Source of the DNA: a virus
IMG/VR virus record: IMGVR_UViG_3300029448_000014
Coordinates: 9,052-73,051 of that record
Strand: one strand, 5' to 3'
DNA: 64,000 bases
The notes beneath the pieces were generated by a model. That model saw only the letters and a list, made by a program, of their open reading frames with translations. It had not been told where the DNA came from and ran no database searches. The stretch's first letter is position 1. Each line of letters begins with the position of its first letter. A program made the position numbers and the translations under genes. This document shows positions 36,527 to 47,214 of the stretch, one piece after another.

Positions 36527-37033
36527 ATGGGTTTAAGAATTGCAGGTAATGCACTAAAGGGGTTAAGCGGTGGTGCTAAGAACCTTCTGTTCGGCGACAT
36601 GGGTAAAAAGGCGATTGCAAAGAGATTGGCCTTTGATGCATTCTTTGGCGGTATGTCTGCAGTTCAAACTCCAGGTGATTTAGTAGACAAACTGATTGCT
36701 GGTGGGTCAACGTTTGCAGGAGGAGGCTTAACCGGTCTTGCGGCTGGTGGCATTGCTAGACGCACTCCAGGATTACGTAAGTTAGAAGGTGCAGCAGATT
36801 TGGTGGGTAGTTTTGGTGGTGATTATTTAGGAATGATGGCCGGCGACCAACTGCAACGTGGAAAAGACGTATTGATGGGCGGTGAAGGTCGCACTGCTTG
36901 GGAAAGAATGAGTGCTGAACAGCAGGCGCAATATGCAGAGGAGCTAGAGCAACAAATTATGGCTCAGTACGGAATCATCCCAGGAACACGTGAACAGTAT
37001 GCAGACCCAACCACGGGTTATGGAGTTGCGTAA
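36527..37033 (+). CDS. Gly-rich putative ejection/virion protein
   Basis: Glycine-zipper-like helices; N-terminal RIAG. Confidence 0.7.
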   Translation: MGLRIAGNALKGLSGGAKNLLFGDMGKKAIAKRLAFDAFFGGMSAVQTPGDLVDKLIAGGSTFAGGGLTGLAAGGIARRTPGLRKLEGAADLVGSFGGDYLGMMAGDQLQRGKDVLMGGEGRTAWERMSAEQQAQYAEELEQQIMAQYGIIPGTREQYADPTTGYGVA

Positions 37034-38226
37034 TGGTCAAGAAAACAGGAAGGCTTGCAAGATTTACAGAAGCCTTTAACGATGCTTATGGTGAAGGTCG
37101 TGAGGAGTGGACAAGGTCTTTTCGTCAAGGAAGGAAGGCTGAGGGCTTAGCAGAGAATGCGCCTCGCATGACTGAGATGACAGGTGCCTATCCAACAGGC
37201 ATTCGTCTAGCTGAAGTCTTTCAAGATGCAGTAGGTCGCGGAGTAACACCACAGGAGGCTGCTAGACGTCAGATCAGAGACGACCTAGGTATTGGCGCGA
37301 AAGAAGGGTCTGTAGAGCGAGCAGGGCAATTGCTAGGTACAGTTGGAGCAGACTTAACCCAAGACAACACTCGTAATTTCTACTGGTTAATGAATGCCGC
37401 TCAGGCTACGGGTAATGTTCTTGCTGAATCTGCAATGGGCAGTAAGCGTCTAGGAAATCCCAAGCTTTATGGCAAAAGCCAGATCAGGGATGAGAAAGGT
37501 ATCCCATTTAGTATGAAGAACAAAGATGATGTTGAAATCGCAAAAGAACGGGGTTTTCTAGATTCCAAAGGAAATCCAACAAAAGGTGTATCTATTGGAG
37601 ATACAAATGAAAAGCTTTTAGAGAAGCGTAACTTTGAACCCGGCCACTTAGCTGCCTTAATGATTCCAACTGGAGTTGCTATTAATACAGGATTAGGATT
37701 GATGTCTCCGTTTGGTGGAGCTGAAGGTTATTGGGCAGCACTTCCTAGTTCAGAAGATCCCACAGTTACAGACAATGTATTAGGTGAAGTAGCCCTAAAA
37801 TATTTCATGGGTAAAACAGGTAATCTATTGCCATACGATGAGTTCTCAAAAATAAGACCTGATGTAAGTCCTGAAGAATATGGACAATACAAAGCATGGA
37901 AATATAAAAGGGGTGAAGACTGGAATCCATTAGATGATGGAAAAACAAGTATGGGTGCTGGGCTGATCCGCACCACAAATGAAGGTATCCATGGTCCTGA
38001 ACTTCAGTTTATGGGACGAAGCCTTCCTGTTACTACTGGAATCGTGCCTTACATCGGAGCACTTGCTGGTGGCATTGCTGGCGTCAGAGCACAGAGACCA
38101 ATTCGAGGTGGAATGATCGGTGGCCTCGGTGGACTAGCTGCTGGCCAAGTTGTAGGACAATTACTTGAAAGTGAGCGTAGGCGTAGAAATCAAATTGAAA
38201 ACCAATCTAACATTCCTCAGTATTGA
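37033..38226 (+). CDS. putative virion/ejection protein with hydrophobic Gly-rich segments
   Basis: 397 aa; GALAGGIAG, GGLGGLAAG. Confidence 0.75.
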   Translation: MVKKTGRLARFTEAFNDAYGEGREEWTRSFRQGRKAEGLAENAPRMTEMTGAYPTGIRLAEVFQDAVGRGVTPQEAARRQIRDDLGIGAKEGSVERAGQLLGTVGADLTQDNTRNFYWLMNAAQATGNVLAESAMGSKRLGNPKLYGKSQIRDEKGIPFSMKNKDDVEIAKERGFLDSKGNPTKGVSIGDTNEKLLEKRNFEPGHLAALMIPTGVAINTGLGLMSPFGGAEGYWAALPSSEDPTVTDNVLGEVALKYFMGKTGNLLPYDEFSKIRPDVSPEEYGQYKAWKYKRGEDWNPLDDGKTSMGAGLIRTTNEGIHGPELQFMGRSLPVTTGIVPYIGALAGGIAGVRAQRPIRGGMIGGLGGLAAGQVVGQLLESERRRRNQIENQSNIPQY

Positions 38227-38256
38227 TAAACTATAAGAATATATGACTAAATTCCA

Positions 38257-38673
38257 ATGACAAGAATGGCGGGTAGTGTTAAAGGTATCTCAAGTTTCTT
38301 GAACCTGAAGCCCGGATATGGAAATATTGGAGGTCAAGGGATACAAGATACAGCACAAGAAATTGCAACAATAATGCAAGGAAATGAAATGGCAGCAGAT
38401 GCAGGATTGAACGCAGTAACAGATACAACATCAGCAAAAAACTTTGGTTCTAGCATAAACAGTATTGCAGGCTACGAAGCTGGTGCTGACATATTTGGGA
38501 GTGTTATGGACAATGTAGTAACACCACTTGGAAACGTAGCTATTTCCAAATTTGGTAAACCTAAAGATACTACACAAGGTACAACATTTGGTACATTTGG
38601 TGATTACTCTGGCGGCTTAAAGAATTACGATCCAGGAGTTTGGACCACTAACCTCAGATTTGGAAAAAGCTAA
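38257..38673 (+). CDS. putative virion protein
   Basis: N-terminal RMAG; TAAACT 30 nt upstream. Confidence 0.7.
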   Translation: MTRMAGSVKGISSFLNLKPGYGNIGGQGIQDTAQEIATIMQGNEMAADAGLNAVTDTTSAKNFGSSINSIAGYEAGADIFGSVMDNVVTPLGNVAISKFGKPKDTTQGTTFGTFGDYSGGLKNYDPGVWTTNLRFGKS

Positions 38674-38699
38674 AATGAATAAAGGCAGGACTTAAACAA

Positions 38700-39380
38700 A
38701 TGGCTATTGGTGGAATAAGAACAGGAATAGGCTTTAGCGATTTTACGCCAACAGCATCGAAACAGATGCAAGGTGGAGCTGGAGCTGCTGAACTAGCATC
38801 TGTTGGTGAAAATTTTAATGCACTACGATCAGGTGCTGTTAACTTTGGCAGCCAAGCCCAGGCAGGCATTGCAGCTGAATCATTAAAGCGACGCGCAATA
38901 ATGGATTCTAATTCAGAAGGTGCTGAAAATGCTCTAGATGCTATATCCACAGTAAAAAGTAAAAAAATATTAGATGAATATGCGAAGGCTGCAGCAAGAA
39001 AAGCAGCTGGTGCATCTAAGTTTGGAAGCTTTCTTCAAGCCGGTGGCTCTTTGATTGCTTCAGCAATAATGAGCGATGAAACGGTAAAAAATAATATTGA
39101 GCAAATTGGTGATGCCCTAGCGACTTTACGTGAATTACGTCCAGTCACTTTTTACTACAATGAAGAATATAGTTCAAGTCCTGAAAGACTTCATCACGGG
39201 TTCGTTGCTCAGGAGTATGCAAAGCATATGCCAGATGCAACTTATTACGATGAAAGTATTGACAAGCTGTGTATCGACACTACCGAACTTATTGCCCTAC
39301 TTGTACGTTCTGTACAGCAGTTAGAAACAAAGGTTGCCCGCATGGAAGCACAAACAGCATTAGCAGGAGTTAAGTCATGA
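38700..39380 (+). CDS. virion protein with C-terminal intramolecular chaperone (peptidase S74) domain
   Basis: SDETVKNNI...LRPVTFYY...GFVAQE...LLVRSVQQL. Confidence 0.85.
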   Translation: MAIGGIRTGIGFSDFTPTASKQMQGGAGAAELASVGENFNALRSGAVNFGSQAQAGIAAESLKRRAIMDSNSEGAENALDAISTVKSKKILDEYAKAAARKAAGASKFGSFLQAGGSLIASAIMSDETVKNNIEQIGDALATLRELRPVTFYYNEEYSSSPERLHHGFVAQEYAKHMPDATYYDESIDKLCIDTTELIALLVRSVQQLETKVARMEAQTALAGVKS

Positions 39381-39871
39381 CTGTCGGACACTCTAGAGAA
39401 GACCTTCAATTTCTCATGGATAAAATTGGAGCTACAAGTGTAGATGACGTTCTGAGGTATCTAGGCGGTAAACCTACACAAGGGCAGGTAATGAGCGGCA
39501 TGGAGAAAACGCTTAATGACGTGACGTTTAAAAAATTACCTACAAAGGTTGGACGGTTTGCAGGATCATCAATTGGTCGTGGAATTGCCCGAGTAATTCC
39601 TGGTTTAGCCCTTTTAGGTAATGTCACTGATGCAGCGGATATTGTTGCCGGCGACGATAGCTTAGGAAATAAGGCAATGGATGCAACAGCCATGGTTGTC
39701 GGGGGAACAGCAGGGGCACTACTTGGTGGACCACTTGGTGCTTCTTTTGGTGCAAGTGCAGGCAAGATGCTTAGCGACGGCACACAGTTCTTGTTCGGCG
39801 GAGGTAAGTCTCCTGAAGAACGTAGAATGGAAGAAGCATTGTTAGCACTACGTGGAGTACAAATATCATGA
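39377..39871 (+). CDS. glycine-zipper putative ejection protein
   Basis: VVGGTAGALLGGPLGASFGASAG. Confidence 0.7.
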   Translation: MTVGHSREDLQFLMDKIGATSVDDVLRYLGGKPTQGQVMSGMEKTLNDVTFKKLPTKVGRFAGSSIGRGIARVIPGLALLGNVTDAADIVAGDDSLGNKAMDATAMVVGGTAGALLGGPLGASFGASAGKMLSDGTQFLFGGGKSPEERRMEEALLALRGVQIS

Positions 39872-40599
39872 GACAACTTCCAATTGGTGGATTAGCCGGT
39901 TACAACACAGATGCAAGTACCCATAGAAACTGGGCAGATAATTTTGGAGATTTCTTTGCGGGAGATGCACGTAGCGTTGCCAACAAACGTGAGTTAATTG
40001 ATGGGCAGGTAGAAGCCAATTGGTGGGATCGGTTGATGAACAAGTCAACTGAAGAGTTGACTAATGCCAAAATGAAGAGCTTAGCTGATGAGCTTAGACG
40101 AGATCCAAGAGTTCAAAATATTATCGACAAAGGGGGTAAGGTTAATGTAAATGACTCCCAGAGAAGTATTTTAAATAGGAACAACGAACTTGTGAAACTA
40201 GATGCCGCCAAAGAAAATGCATCACTTTTACTAGGAGATAGGTATTACGAAGTAGCGGATTTGAATAACTCAAGAGCTGTTAACGCCAAAGTAAAAGAGT
40301 TACAAAAAGCAGAAGCAGAAAGAGTATCTAATGAAAGGGGAGGTTCAAAATATAATGCTGAGCAGGCTGAAAAAAGGTATGAAGCTGAGCGTGAATACAG
40401 ACGTTCACAAGATGAAAACCTTCGTCTTGACCGTAATCTTCAACGCCAGCTATCTGCTGAAAACAACAAGATGCAGCTGCAACTAGAATACGCACGTCTA
40501 GGACAAGCTGATAAGTTCAGAGTGCAAGACCGAAAGGATCAAGCAATTATGGCACTGATGAGTGGACTTTCAAATCTAGGTGCAGGATTCGCTCTCTAA
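39868..40599 (+). CDS. coiled-coil putative virion protein
   Basis: 243 aa, helical, hydrophobic C-terminus. Confidence 0.7.
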   Translation: MRQLPIGGLAGYNTDASTHRNWADNFGDFFAGDARSVANKRELIDGQVEANWWDRLMNKSTEELTNAKMKSLADELRRDPRVQNIIDKGGKVNVNDSQRSILNRNNELVKLDAAKENASLLLGDRYYEVADLNNSRAVNAKVKELQKAEAERVSNERGGSKYNAEQAEKRYEAEREYRRSQDENLRLDRNLQRQLSAENNKMQLQLEYARLGQADKFRVQDRKDQAIMALMSGLSNLGAGFAL

Positions 40600-40699
40600 C
40601 CAGCACTATAGATTCGCCATGCTTCATCAGGTGTTAAGCCGCCCTGACCGTAAAATGAAGTACCAGTCTTGAGTAGGTATAGCTTTAACAATCTAAGAC

Positions 40700-41590
40700 T
40701 TACATCTTATTTTTATAAATACCTTCGTTGTAGACTGTCCAATCAACAAACCCTCCACTCGCATCATGGAGGTATTTTGCTGCCTTCATATTTTTAACTG
40801 GATCAAATAAGTCTTCTCTTGAATTAATGCCAAGTTTTTGAAGCCAACCCCTGTCTTTGTGATAACCCCAGTTAATTTGCATTAAGCCGACGCTATCTTC
40901 TCCAGTGGAATCATATAAACCACCTTTAAGTCGTCTAGTACTGTTACTAGGATCATAACCGCTTTCACCTCCAGCAATACCAACAACAACAGCTGCATCT
41001 TGTGGTGAGAATCCCTGTGAAATTGCTAAATCTCTAATCGCCCCTTTTGACATAACTCCACTACTGTTAGCAGATTGCTGTGCAGAAATGTTAGTACTTA
41101 CTGATTCACCTTGATCAGGCTTAGTATTGGCAGGAACAGAAGTAGGTTTTTTAATCGCTGCTCTAATCTTCTCTGCTTCAATCTTTAAGTCCTCAATACG
41201 ATTATCATATGTCCCCATTTGCTGCATCAGTGACCCAAGCATTTCATTAGGCTCAGTCTTCTGACGCATCTTCATAGCGCCAATACCAAGCAATGCAGCA
41301 CCACCAGCTAGTTTGCCTGCCTTACGTGCACTACGTACTGAATTATCAAATGATTTATCACGATCGACCTCAATATTAGTCAGCTTGATGTTTGTAGCTG
41401 CATTTGTGGCAGCTTTAGCTACTTTCGCATTTGAAGCAATGATCGCAGCTTTATCTTGAGCTGCTGCACGTATTGATGCCTGCCCAAGAGCACCAAAGTC
41501 AGTTTTATTATCTGCCAGTGTTTTTCGTATAGCAACTGCTTTTCTAACAGCTGCATTACCAGCTCTAATATAATTATTGACGTTTGCCAT
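40700..41590 (-). CDS. virion-associated lytic transglycosylase (SLT/lysozyme-like)
   Basis: IAGGESG, SVGLMQIN, LFDPVKNMKAAKYL, DWTVY; helical N-terminus. Confidence 0.85.
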   Translation of the reverse strand: MANVNNYIRAGNAAVRKAVAIRKTLADNKTDFGALGQASIRAAAQDKAAIIASNAKVAKAATNAATNIKLTNIEVDRDKSFDNSVRSARKAGKLAGGAALLGIGAMKMRQKTEPNEMLGSLMQQMGTYDNRIEDLKIEAEKIRAAIKKPTSVPANTKPDQGESVSTNISAQQSANSSGVMSKGAIRDLAISQGFSPQDAAVVVGIAGGESGYDPSNSTRRLKGGLYDSTGEDSVGLMQINWGYHKDRGWLQKLGINSREDLFDPVKNMKAAKYLHDASGGFVDWTVYNEGIYKNKM

Positions 41591-41658
41591 ATCTTATTCA
41601 GATTAGATAACTACATTCTAACTTTGTAGAATAAAGGGAGACATAGAAAAAAAAGTAG

Positions 41659-43530
41659 ATGGCTCAAACTCCTTATGATAATATAAAAAATCCTGATTAC
41701 AAAGAACCGGATGGGGATGCTGGCAAAACAGGAACTAATACAGGCTTATTCAATTTTCAGTCCATTATGGACCAATTTTTTGGTTGGGAACCGGGGCCAG
41801 ATGATACTGCAGGTCAGGCACTAAAAAATACTTTTTTGGCAGATAATGTTCAAACAGTAATAAACAATCAGATGGCCAAGGACTTAGCATACACTAATGC
41901 TGAGATTGCAACAGGCCAAATGGCAACTGCTGCACAGCTTGAGCTCGCAAACACATCAGCTGTAATGGCGGATGAGTTAGATTATGGCTTGCAAAAGATG
42001 GGAACAGAATATGACTACCAGTCTAAGTTTGCGGTTGATGAAGCAAATCGCGGTCTAAATGCTGCTGCACAAGCTGGTGATATACAACAGAATCAAACGT
42101 TGCTTGAAGGAGATGAAAATAGACTTAATATTGCAGCTCAGGGTCGAGAAGAGCTTGAGCAAATTAGTGCCCAGGGTCAACAAGATCAAGCTTTACAAGG
42201 TCAAGCCTTAACTTCTCAAGAGAAACAGATTGGGTTAAGTGGCGCTGAAGACCTTAAAAAGATTGAAGCGCAACAGTTTGCTGACGAGAAAATAACAAAA
42301 GTCAAAGCTGATGCAGAAAAAATGCTAATTCTTGAACAAGGTGGGGTTGATGTGAGTAAGATTAAAGCTCAAGGTGGCATTGATAAGTGGTTGCAGACTG
42401 CAGCTGGTAAACAACAGATGGCTCAATTAGAGAAACAAGGTAATATTGATGTGAGTAAAATTCTGAAGCAAGGTGGAGTAGACATTGATAAAATTGAAGC
42501 ACAAGGAGCTGTTGAAGCAGGAATGCAGAAGGCTCAAATTGGAAGTGACCAAAAGATGCAAAAAGTATCTGGTCAACAGGCTATGGAGCAACTAAAAGCT
42601 TCTAACGCTAGCCAAGAGCAAATTCAGAAGTTACAAAATAGTGGACAGCTGAACAATATAAAAACTCAAGGTGATATTGATAAATTACTAGCAAAAGAAG
42701 GTATCCAAAGTCAAGAGAAGATGCAAGGTAAGGATATTGCTAGCCAGGAGCAGATGCAACAAGTATCTGGTCAACAGGCTATGGCGCAACTAAAAGCGTC
42801 TAACGCTAGCCAGGAACAAATCCAGAAATTACAAAATAGTGGACAGCTTGACAATATCAAAACTCAAGGTGATATTGATAAGTTAATGCAGTCCTCAGGC
42901 ATCACAAGTCAAGAAAAGATGCAAGGGAAGGATATTGCTAGCCAACAGCAGATGCAAAAGGAGCAAGGGAAGATTGATATCAGTAAAATTACTGAGGCAG
43001 GATCACAGGATCTGTTAAAGATTGATGCTCAAGCTAGTGCTGATGAAGGAAATATATATGCCCAAGGCAATGTTGACAAAGCAAGCATTATTGCCAGTGG
43101 TGGACAAGAAAGAGAGACACAAGCCCAAGCCTTAGCTTCTCAGGAAAATCAGATTGGGTTAAGGGGTGCAGAGGACAGAGCAACACAAGGTCAATCCTTA
43201 GCCTCTCAAGAGAGACAGATTGGGTTAAGTGGCTCAGAGGACAGAGCAACACAAGGTCAAGCCTTAGCTTCACAAGAAAAGCAGATTGGGTTAACCGGTG
43301 CTCAAGACGTTAAGAGGATTGATGCACAAGGATACATGGATCAAAAACTGCAGGAGGTAAAAGGAAAAACTGATCTTGATAGTATTTCAGCAACAGGCGA
43401 CCAAGGTGTCCGCACAATTGGAGCGCAAGGAGACCAAGATCGTAAAACCATGATGCAAAAAACTAAAGAAGAAGGCAAAACGGCTACTAGACAAAGTAAG
43501 TATGCACGTAGTCTTGCAGGTATGTTCTGA
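41659..43530 (+). CDS. repetitive 11/22-aa-periodic virion protein (tape-measure or ejection-like)
   Basis: QGxID.. and SQExQIGLxG repeats; 198-nt and 66-nt tandem DNA repeats. Confidence 0.75.
   Translation: MAQTPYDNIKNPDYKEPDGDAGKTGTNTGLFNFQSIMDQFFGWEPGPDDTAGQALKNTFLADNVQTVINNQMAKDLAYTNAEIATGQMATAAQLELANTSAVMADELDYGLQKMGTEYDYQSKFAVDEANRGLNAAAQAGDIQQNQTLLEGDENRLNIAAQGREELEQISAQGQQDQALQGQALTSQEKQIGLSGAEDLKKIEAQQFADEKITKVKADAEKMLILEQGGVDVSKIKAQGGIDKWLQTAAGKQQMAQLEKQGNIDVSKILKQGGVDIDKIEAQGAVEAGMQKAQIGSDQKMQKVSGQQAMEQLKASNASQEQIQKLQNSGQLNNIKTQGDIDKLLAKEGIQSQEKMQGKDIASQEQMQQVSGQQAMAQLKASNASQEQIQKLQNSGQLDNIKTQGDIDKLMQSSGITSQEKMQGKDIASQQQMQKEQGKIDISKITEAGSQDLLKIDAQASADEGNIYAQGNVDKASIIASGGQERETQAQALASQENQIGLRGAEDRATQGQSLASQERQIGLSGSEDRATQGQALASQEKQIGLTGAQDVKRIDAQGYMDQKLQEVKGKTDLDSISATGDQGVRTIGAQGDQDRKTMMQKTKEEGKTATRQSKYARSLAGMF
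42555..42950 (+). repeat. tandem 198-nt coding repeat, 2 copies
   Basis: Copies start at 42555 and 42753. Confidence 0.85.
43120..43300 (+). repeat. tandem 66-nt coding repeat, about 3 copies
   Basis: CAGATTGGGTTAA at 43150, 43216, 43282 (also 42226). Confidence 0.85.
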
Positions 43531-44066
43531 TGACTACATCAACAGCAAAAGGTTCAAAGGTCTACCTTACGTTTGTAGACCAATGGCTGGACACACTACC
43601 AGCATCAGAGAGCGAAGAGTTCAAAGAATTTGCTGAGTACACTCCATCAATTATTGAGATTTGGGTATACTCAGGCATTCTTGGTTATCCAGGCACGTTT
43701 AATGACCTGTCTAGATGGGTAAAGATGAAATATAAGAAGCTGAACAGACGTGAAATCCTGAATAGTGAAATAGCCGCACTGCATTGTGATATTCAAGAGT
43801 TACGCATGGCTGTAACCTCAGGAGAAATTAAAGGAGATAATGGAGCTGCACGATTGGCAGCACTAGAGAAAGAACTCCGATCACACATTGAAGTAAGTGA
43901 ACGACTTAACCGATCTACAGATAAAAGAGGATTAATCCTTGCAGGTGCTGATCGAGTAATGCGTGAGATGACAAACATTTTTAAGGACGATCCACAATTT
44001 GCAGAACCTATTGATAATGCAATGAATGCCGTGTGGGCTAAAGTTTATAGTGAGGTAAGCAGCTAA
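43530..44066 (+). CDS. putative terminase small subunit
   Basis: 178 aa helical protein two genes upstream of terL; inferred from position only. Confidence 0.45.
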   Translation: MTTSTAKGSKVYLTFVDQWLDTLPASESEEFKEFAEYTPSIIEIWVYSGILGYPGTFNDLSRWVKMKYKKLNRREILNSEIAALHCDIQELRMAVTSGEIKGDNGAARLAALEKELRSHIEVSERLNRSTDKRGLILAGADRVMREMTNIFKDDPQFAEPIDNAMNAVWAKVYSEVSS

Positions 44067-44353
44067 TGATGATTCCAGAGTTACCAGAACTTCCTGAAAT
44101 TATCGATCATAGTTCACGTGCTATAAGATTACGTAGCACAATTCAAGCAACACTTCCTGGTATGGAAAATTTAGATATTAAAGAATTTTATTCAGTTGAT
44201 CCTCGCATTATAGAGAGACAAAGATTTTTAGAGGCCATGAGGATTGCATATGAGATTACACGTAGACAAAATCAAATTCAAGCTACTCGTGCAGCTTATG
44301 CCGACAGAAGGATGCAGTATCAAGCAGAGCGAAAACGGGGATGGTGGCGTTAG
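44066..44353 (+). CDS. hypothetical protein
   Basis: Coupled ORF. Confidence 0.65.
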   Translation: MMIPELPELPEIIDHSSRAIRLRSTIQATLPGMENLDIKEFYSVDPRIIERQRFLEAMRIAYEITRRQNQIQATRAAYADRRMQYQAERKRGWWR

Positions 44354-44380
44354 ACTATAAACACTATTTAATATATATAT

Positions 44381-45919
44381 ATGGCAGTTCCAAGTGTCGC
44401 TTTAGCATACAGAAGAACGGCACTAATGAATGCCACAAAAGTAACAGTTAAACCGCCATCTCCAGAAGTTCTAAAAGCCAGAGACAACTTTCAAGACTTC
44501 TGTGTATTAATGGGAAAACCTCCAGCAAAGCACATGCTGGAGTGGCATGCTCAGCTGTGTACAGGCAAGGACAGCGAATGTCTGATTGGCATTGGTGGAG
44601 CAAATACTTCAATCCTTGCCCCTCGTGGCTCTGCAAAATCCACTGTTCTTGGATTATTTGCTGCATGGATGATTGGTAGACATACCGCAGCCAAGAAAAT
44701 GCTGAGGATACTATATATTGCTTACATGGTGGATATTAGTCGTGCAAAGTCTGCCACGATAAAAGGAATATTAGCTAGTAGTAAGTATCGAGAAATATTT
44801 CCAATGGTTAGGTTATCTAAGATAAAACGTAGTGATGAATATTGGAGTATTGACTATGAATTTGCGGGTATTGATACAGCGGGTGAGGAAGCTTTTACCA
44901 TTGCGTGTGGAGGTCTTAAGGGTGCAATCACCTCCAAACGATCCCAGCTGGTTCTTATCGATGACCCTATTAAATCCGCTGCGTCAATCAATAACCCGGA
45001 TATTCGCCGTGAGATGGAACAGACATGGAGTAACGTTATTGCGCCCACTATGTTTCAGGGAGCACGTGCCGTTTGTTTGGGCACACGTTTTCACTTTGAC
45101 GACATCCACGCCACGTTGTTTGTTCCAAAAAATAATTGGAGGCAGATTGTACAAAAGGCAGTAATAACAGACAGTGAAGGACGACAACGTTCGTACTGGC
45201 CTGAGTTTTGGTCAATGAAATATCTCAATGAACGTAAGTTAGAGAATCGAGTTGCCTTTGCTTATCAGTATTTGAACACCGCAGTTCAATCTAGTGATGT
45301 TGGAATATCGCCAGATCTCATTGTGCATGGTGAAGTACCTGAAGACTATGACTGTATTGGTGTAGGAATTGATCTGAGTGCAGGATTAAGTGAAAAGAAT
45401 GATTGGACAGTATTTACGTTAGGTGGCATTAAAGACGGAAAGATCTATATGATTGACCAACGTCGTGTTAGGAGCATGGGTAATCTTGAAAAGATGGACA
45501 CGTTATGTGAGATGCTTGCTGATTGGAATATTGTTCTTGAAAATGATGAAGGTCAATATTTTCCATCCATGTCAACATGTATGATTTGGCCTGAAGCTGT
45601 TGCATATCAATCATCATTTGAGGGTGATTTTAAACGTGTTATGTTCGATCAACGTGCATTATATAATTTAAGCTGTTCACCAGTAAAAGGATTTAAAGGC
45701 GACAAATTAGCAAGACTACGAGGAGTGCTTGGACTATATGAACATCGAAAAGTAGTATGGAATAAATGGCGTAAGTGGAATATTCTAGAAGACGAACTGA
45801 TTAACTTTGGCCATTCGCCACATGATGATGCTGTTGATTCAATGGTGCTTACTATGGGTGGATTATTAAGGCGTGGTGTACTCCAGATGGAGTTCAATGA
45901 AAATAGTAACTTAGTATAG
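44381..45919 (+). CDS. terL: terminase large subunit
   Basis: Walker A APRGSAKST, Walker B LVLIDDP, motif III GTRF, nuclease GIDLS, HDDAVDS. Confidence 0.93.
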   Translation: MAVPSVALAYRRTALMNATKVTVKPPSPEVLKARDNFQDFCVLMGKPPAKHMLEWHAQLCTGKDSECLIGIGGANTSILAPRGSAKSTVLGLFAAWMIGRHTAAKKMLRILYIAYMVDISRAKSATIKGILASSKYREIFPMVRLSKIKRSDEYWSIDYEFAGIDTAGEEAFTIACGGLKGAITSKRSQLVLIDDPIKSAASINNPDIRREMEQTWSNVIAPTMFQGARAVCLGTRFHFDDIHATLFVPKNNWRQIVQKAVITDSEGRQRSYWPEFWSMKYLNERKLENRVAFAYQYLNTAVQSSDVGISPDLIVHGEVPEDYDCIGVGIDLSAGLSEKNDWTVFTLGGIKDGKIYMIDQRRVRSMGNLEKMDTLCEMLADWNIVLENDEGQYFPSMSTCMIWPEAVAYQSSFEGDFKRVMFDQRALYNLSCSPVKGFKGDKLARLRGVLGLYEHRKVVWNKWRKWNILEDELINFGHSPHDDAVDSMVLTMGGLLRRGVLQMEFNENSNLV

Positions 45920-45956
45920 CTCTAGTTATAATAAAGAAAATAAAAGTATCTCACTC

Positions 45957-47171
45957 ATGGCCATAAAGCGTACTAATTACAGCCGGATACACCAGTTAAT
46001 ATTACAAAATCAATCTAAAAAGGCACCAAAACGACCAGAGGGTTTTACGAAATCAAAAACTGAACTAGCCAAAGAGAAGGCTGCAGCATATAATAACAAA
46101 GAAGAAGCTAAGAAGAAGGCTTTTGCACTTAGGTCGCAAAAACAAGATCCCAAGGCAAAAACTTTGCGGAAAGAGTCAGCCAAAGAAAAGGCTGTAGCAT
46201 ATAAAGGGAATTCAAATATTCAGGTTAAAGGTAACGATAATTCTAATATTGGTAATAATTATAGTAACAATAATGGTCGATCACGACCTGTTGTTTCTCG
46301 ACCAGTAGTCCAACCTCCAGAGAACAATAGACCTGTACAACAACCAAGCGTTGATACTAGTACTCCTAGGAAACAACTCAGTGGTGGTTATGGTAATTAT
46401 GAAGAATGGAGCAAGAATAGATTCCAAATGCGCACCGCGGACTGGCAAGATTATGATAACGATGGTATAGACAATAGAGATCAAGCTGGTCCCGGTCAAC
46501 CTCGTTTTAGTGATTATGTAGATGGCAAACCACCATCCTCGGGAAATGATCAGCTATCTCAAGATCAAGGGCTGGATCGCGTCGCCTTCGCGAAGGAGAT
46601 GCCTAATAGGGAATCTGCACAAAAAAGATACAGGGAATCAATGCAACAATTCAAAGATCAGTACACTTCTAATTTAAAGAGGAGAGGCGTTGGAAATAAA
46701 TCCACGAATATTGATGTAACAGGAAACAACAATAGCAATGTAGGAAATGACTATAGTAATAACACAACTAATCAAAACGATTACAGTGTGAATATTTCAG
46801 GCAACAATCGTGGAAGATATGGTGGTTTCAGCAATATGCAGGGTGCTGCTGCCTATTCAGCATTAAACAATAATCAGTCACGACGCTCAAACAGTGAACT
46901 AAGTGGAAGTACTCGTGCAGCTCAAGCATCGGAAGATGCTGACAGGATTGTTGACGGAAGGGGACGTGCTAAAAGATTGTATAATATGACTGGTTTTGAC
47001 CAAAATTATTGGCGCTCAAAAGCAGACGCTCAGCAGAATTTCTACTTAGGTGACATATTTAAAATGAACTTAGGTGATTATAAGTTACCATCGCCACCAT
47101 CTAATCCTTTTGACAACGATAAGACAGATAAATATTACGATGATGCTATAGAGAGGATAGAGAACATCTAA
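45957..47171 (+). CDS. low-complexity Asn-rich putative virion protein
   Basis: 404 aa; repeated GNxNSN(I/V)GNxYSNN; DYDNDGIDNRD Ca-binding-like motif. Confidence 0.7.
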   Translation: MAIKRTNYSRIHQLILQNQSKKAPKRPEGFTKSKTELAKEKAAAYNNKEEAKKKAFALRSQKQDPKAKTLRKESAKEKAVAYKGNSNIQVKGNDNSNIGNNYSNNNGRSRPVVSRPVVQPPENNRPVQQPSVDTSTPRKQLSGGYGNYEEWSKNRFQMRTADWQDYDNDGIDNRDQAGPGQPRFSDYVDGKPPSSGNDQLSQDQGLDRVAFAKEMPNRESAQKRYRESMQQFKDQYTSNLKRRGVGNKSTNIDVTGNNNSNVGNDYSNNTTNQNDYSVNISGNNRGRYGGFSNMQGAAAYSALNNNQSRRSNSELSGSTRAAQASEDADRIVDGRGRAKRLYNMTGFDQNYWRSKADAQQNFYLGDIFKMNLGDYKLPSPPSNPFDNDKTDKYYDDAIERIENI

Positions 47172-47214
47172 TGACTACTGACGCTAGACTTAATAATATA
47201 ATTATGAAATAAAG

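Noticed and set aside
32366-47171. Virion RNA polymerase to read the hairpins as N4-like promoters
   Set aside because: No large ORF or RNA polymerase motif recognised in the window, so this explanation is unsupported here
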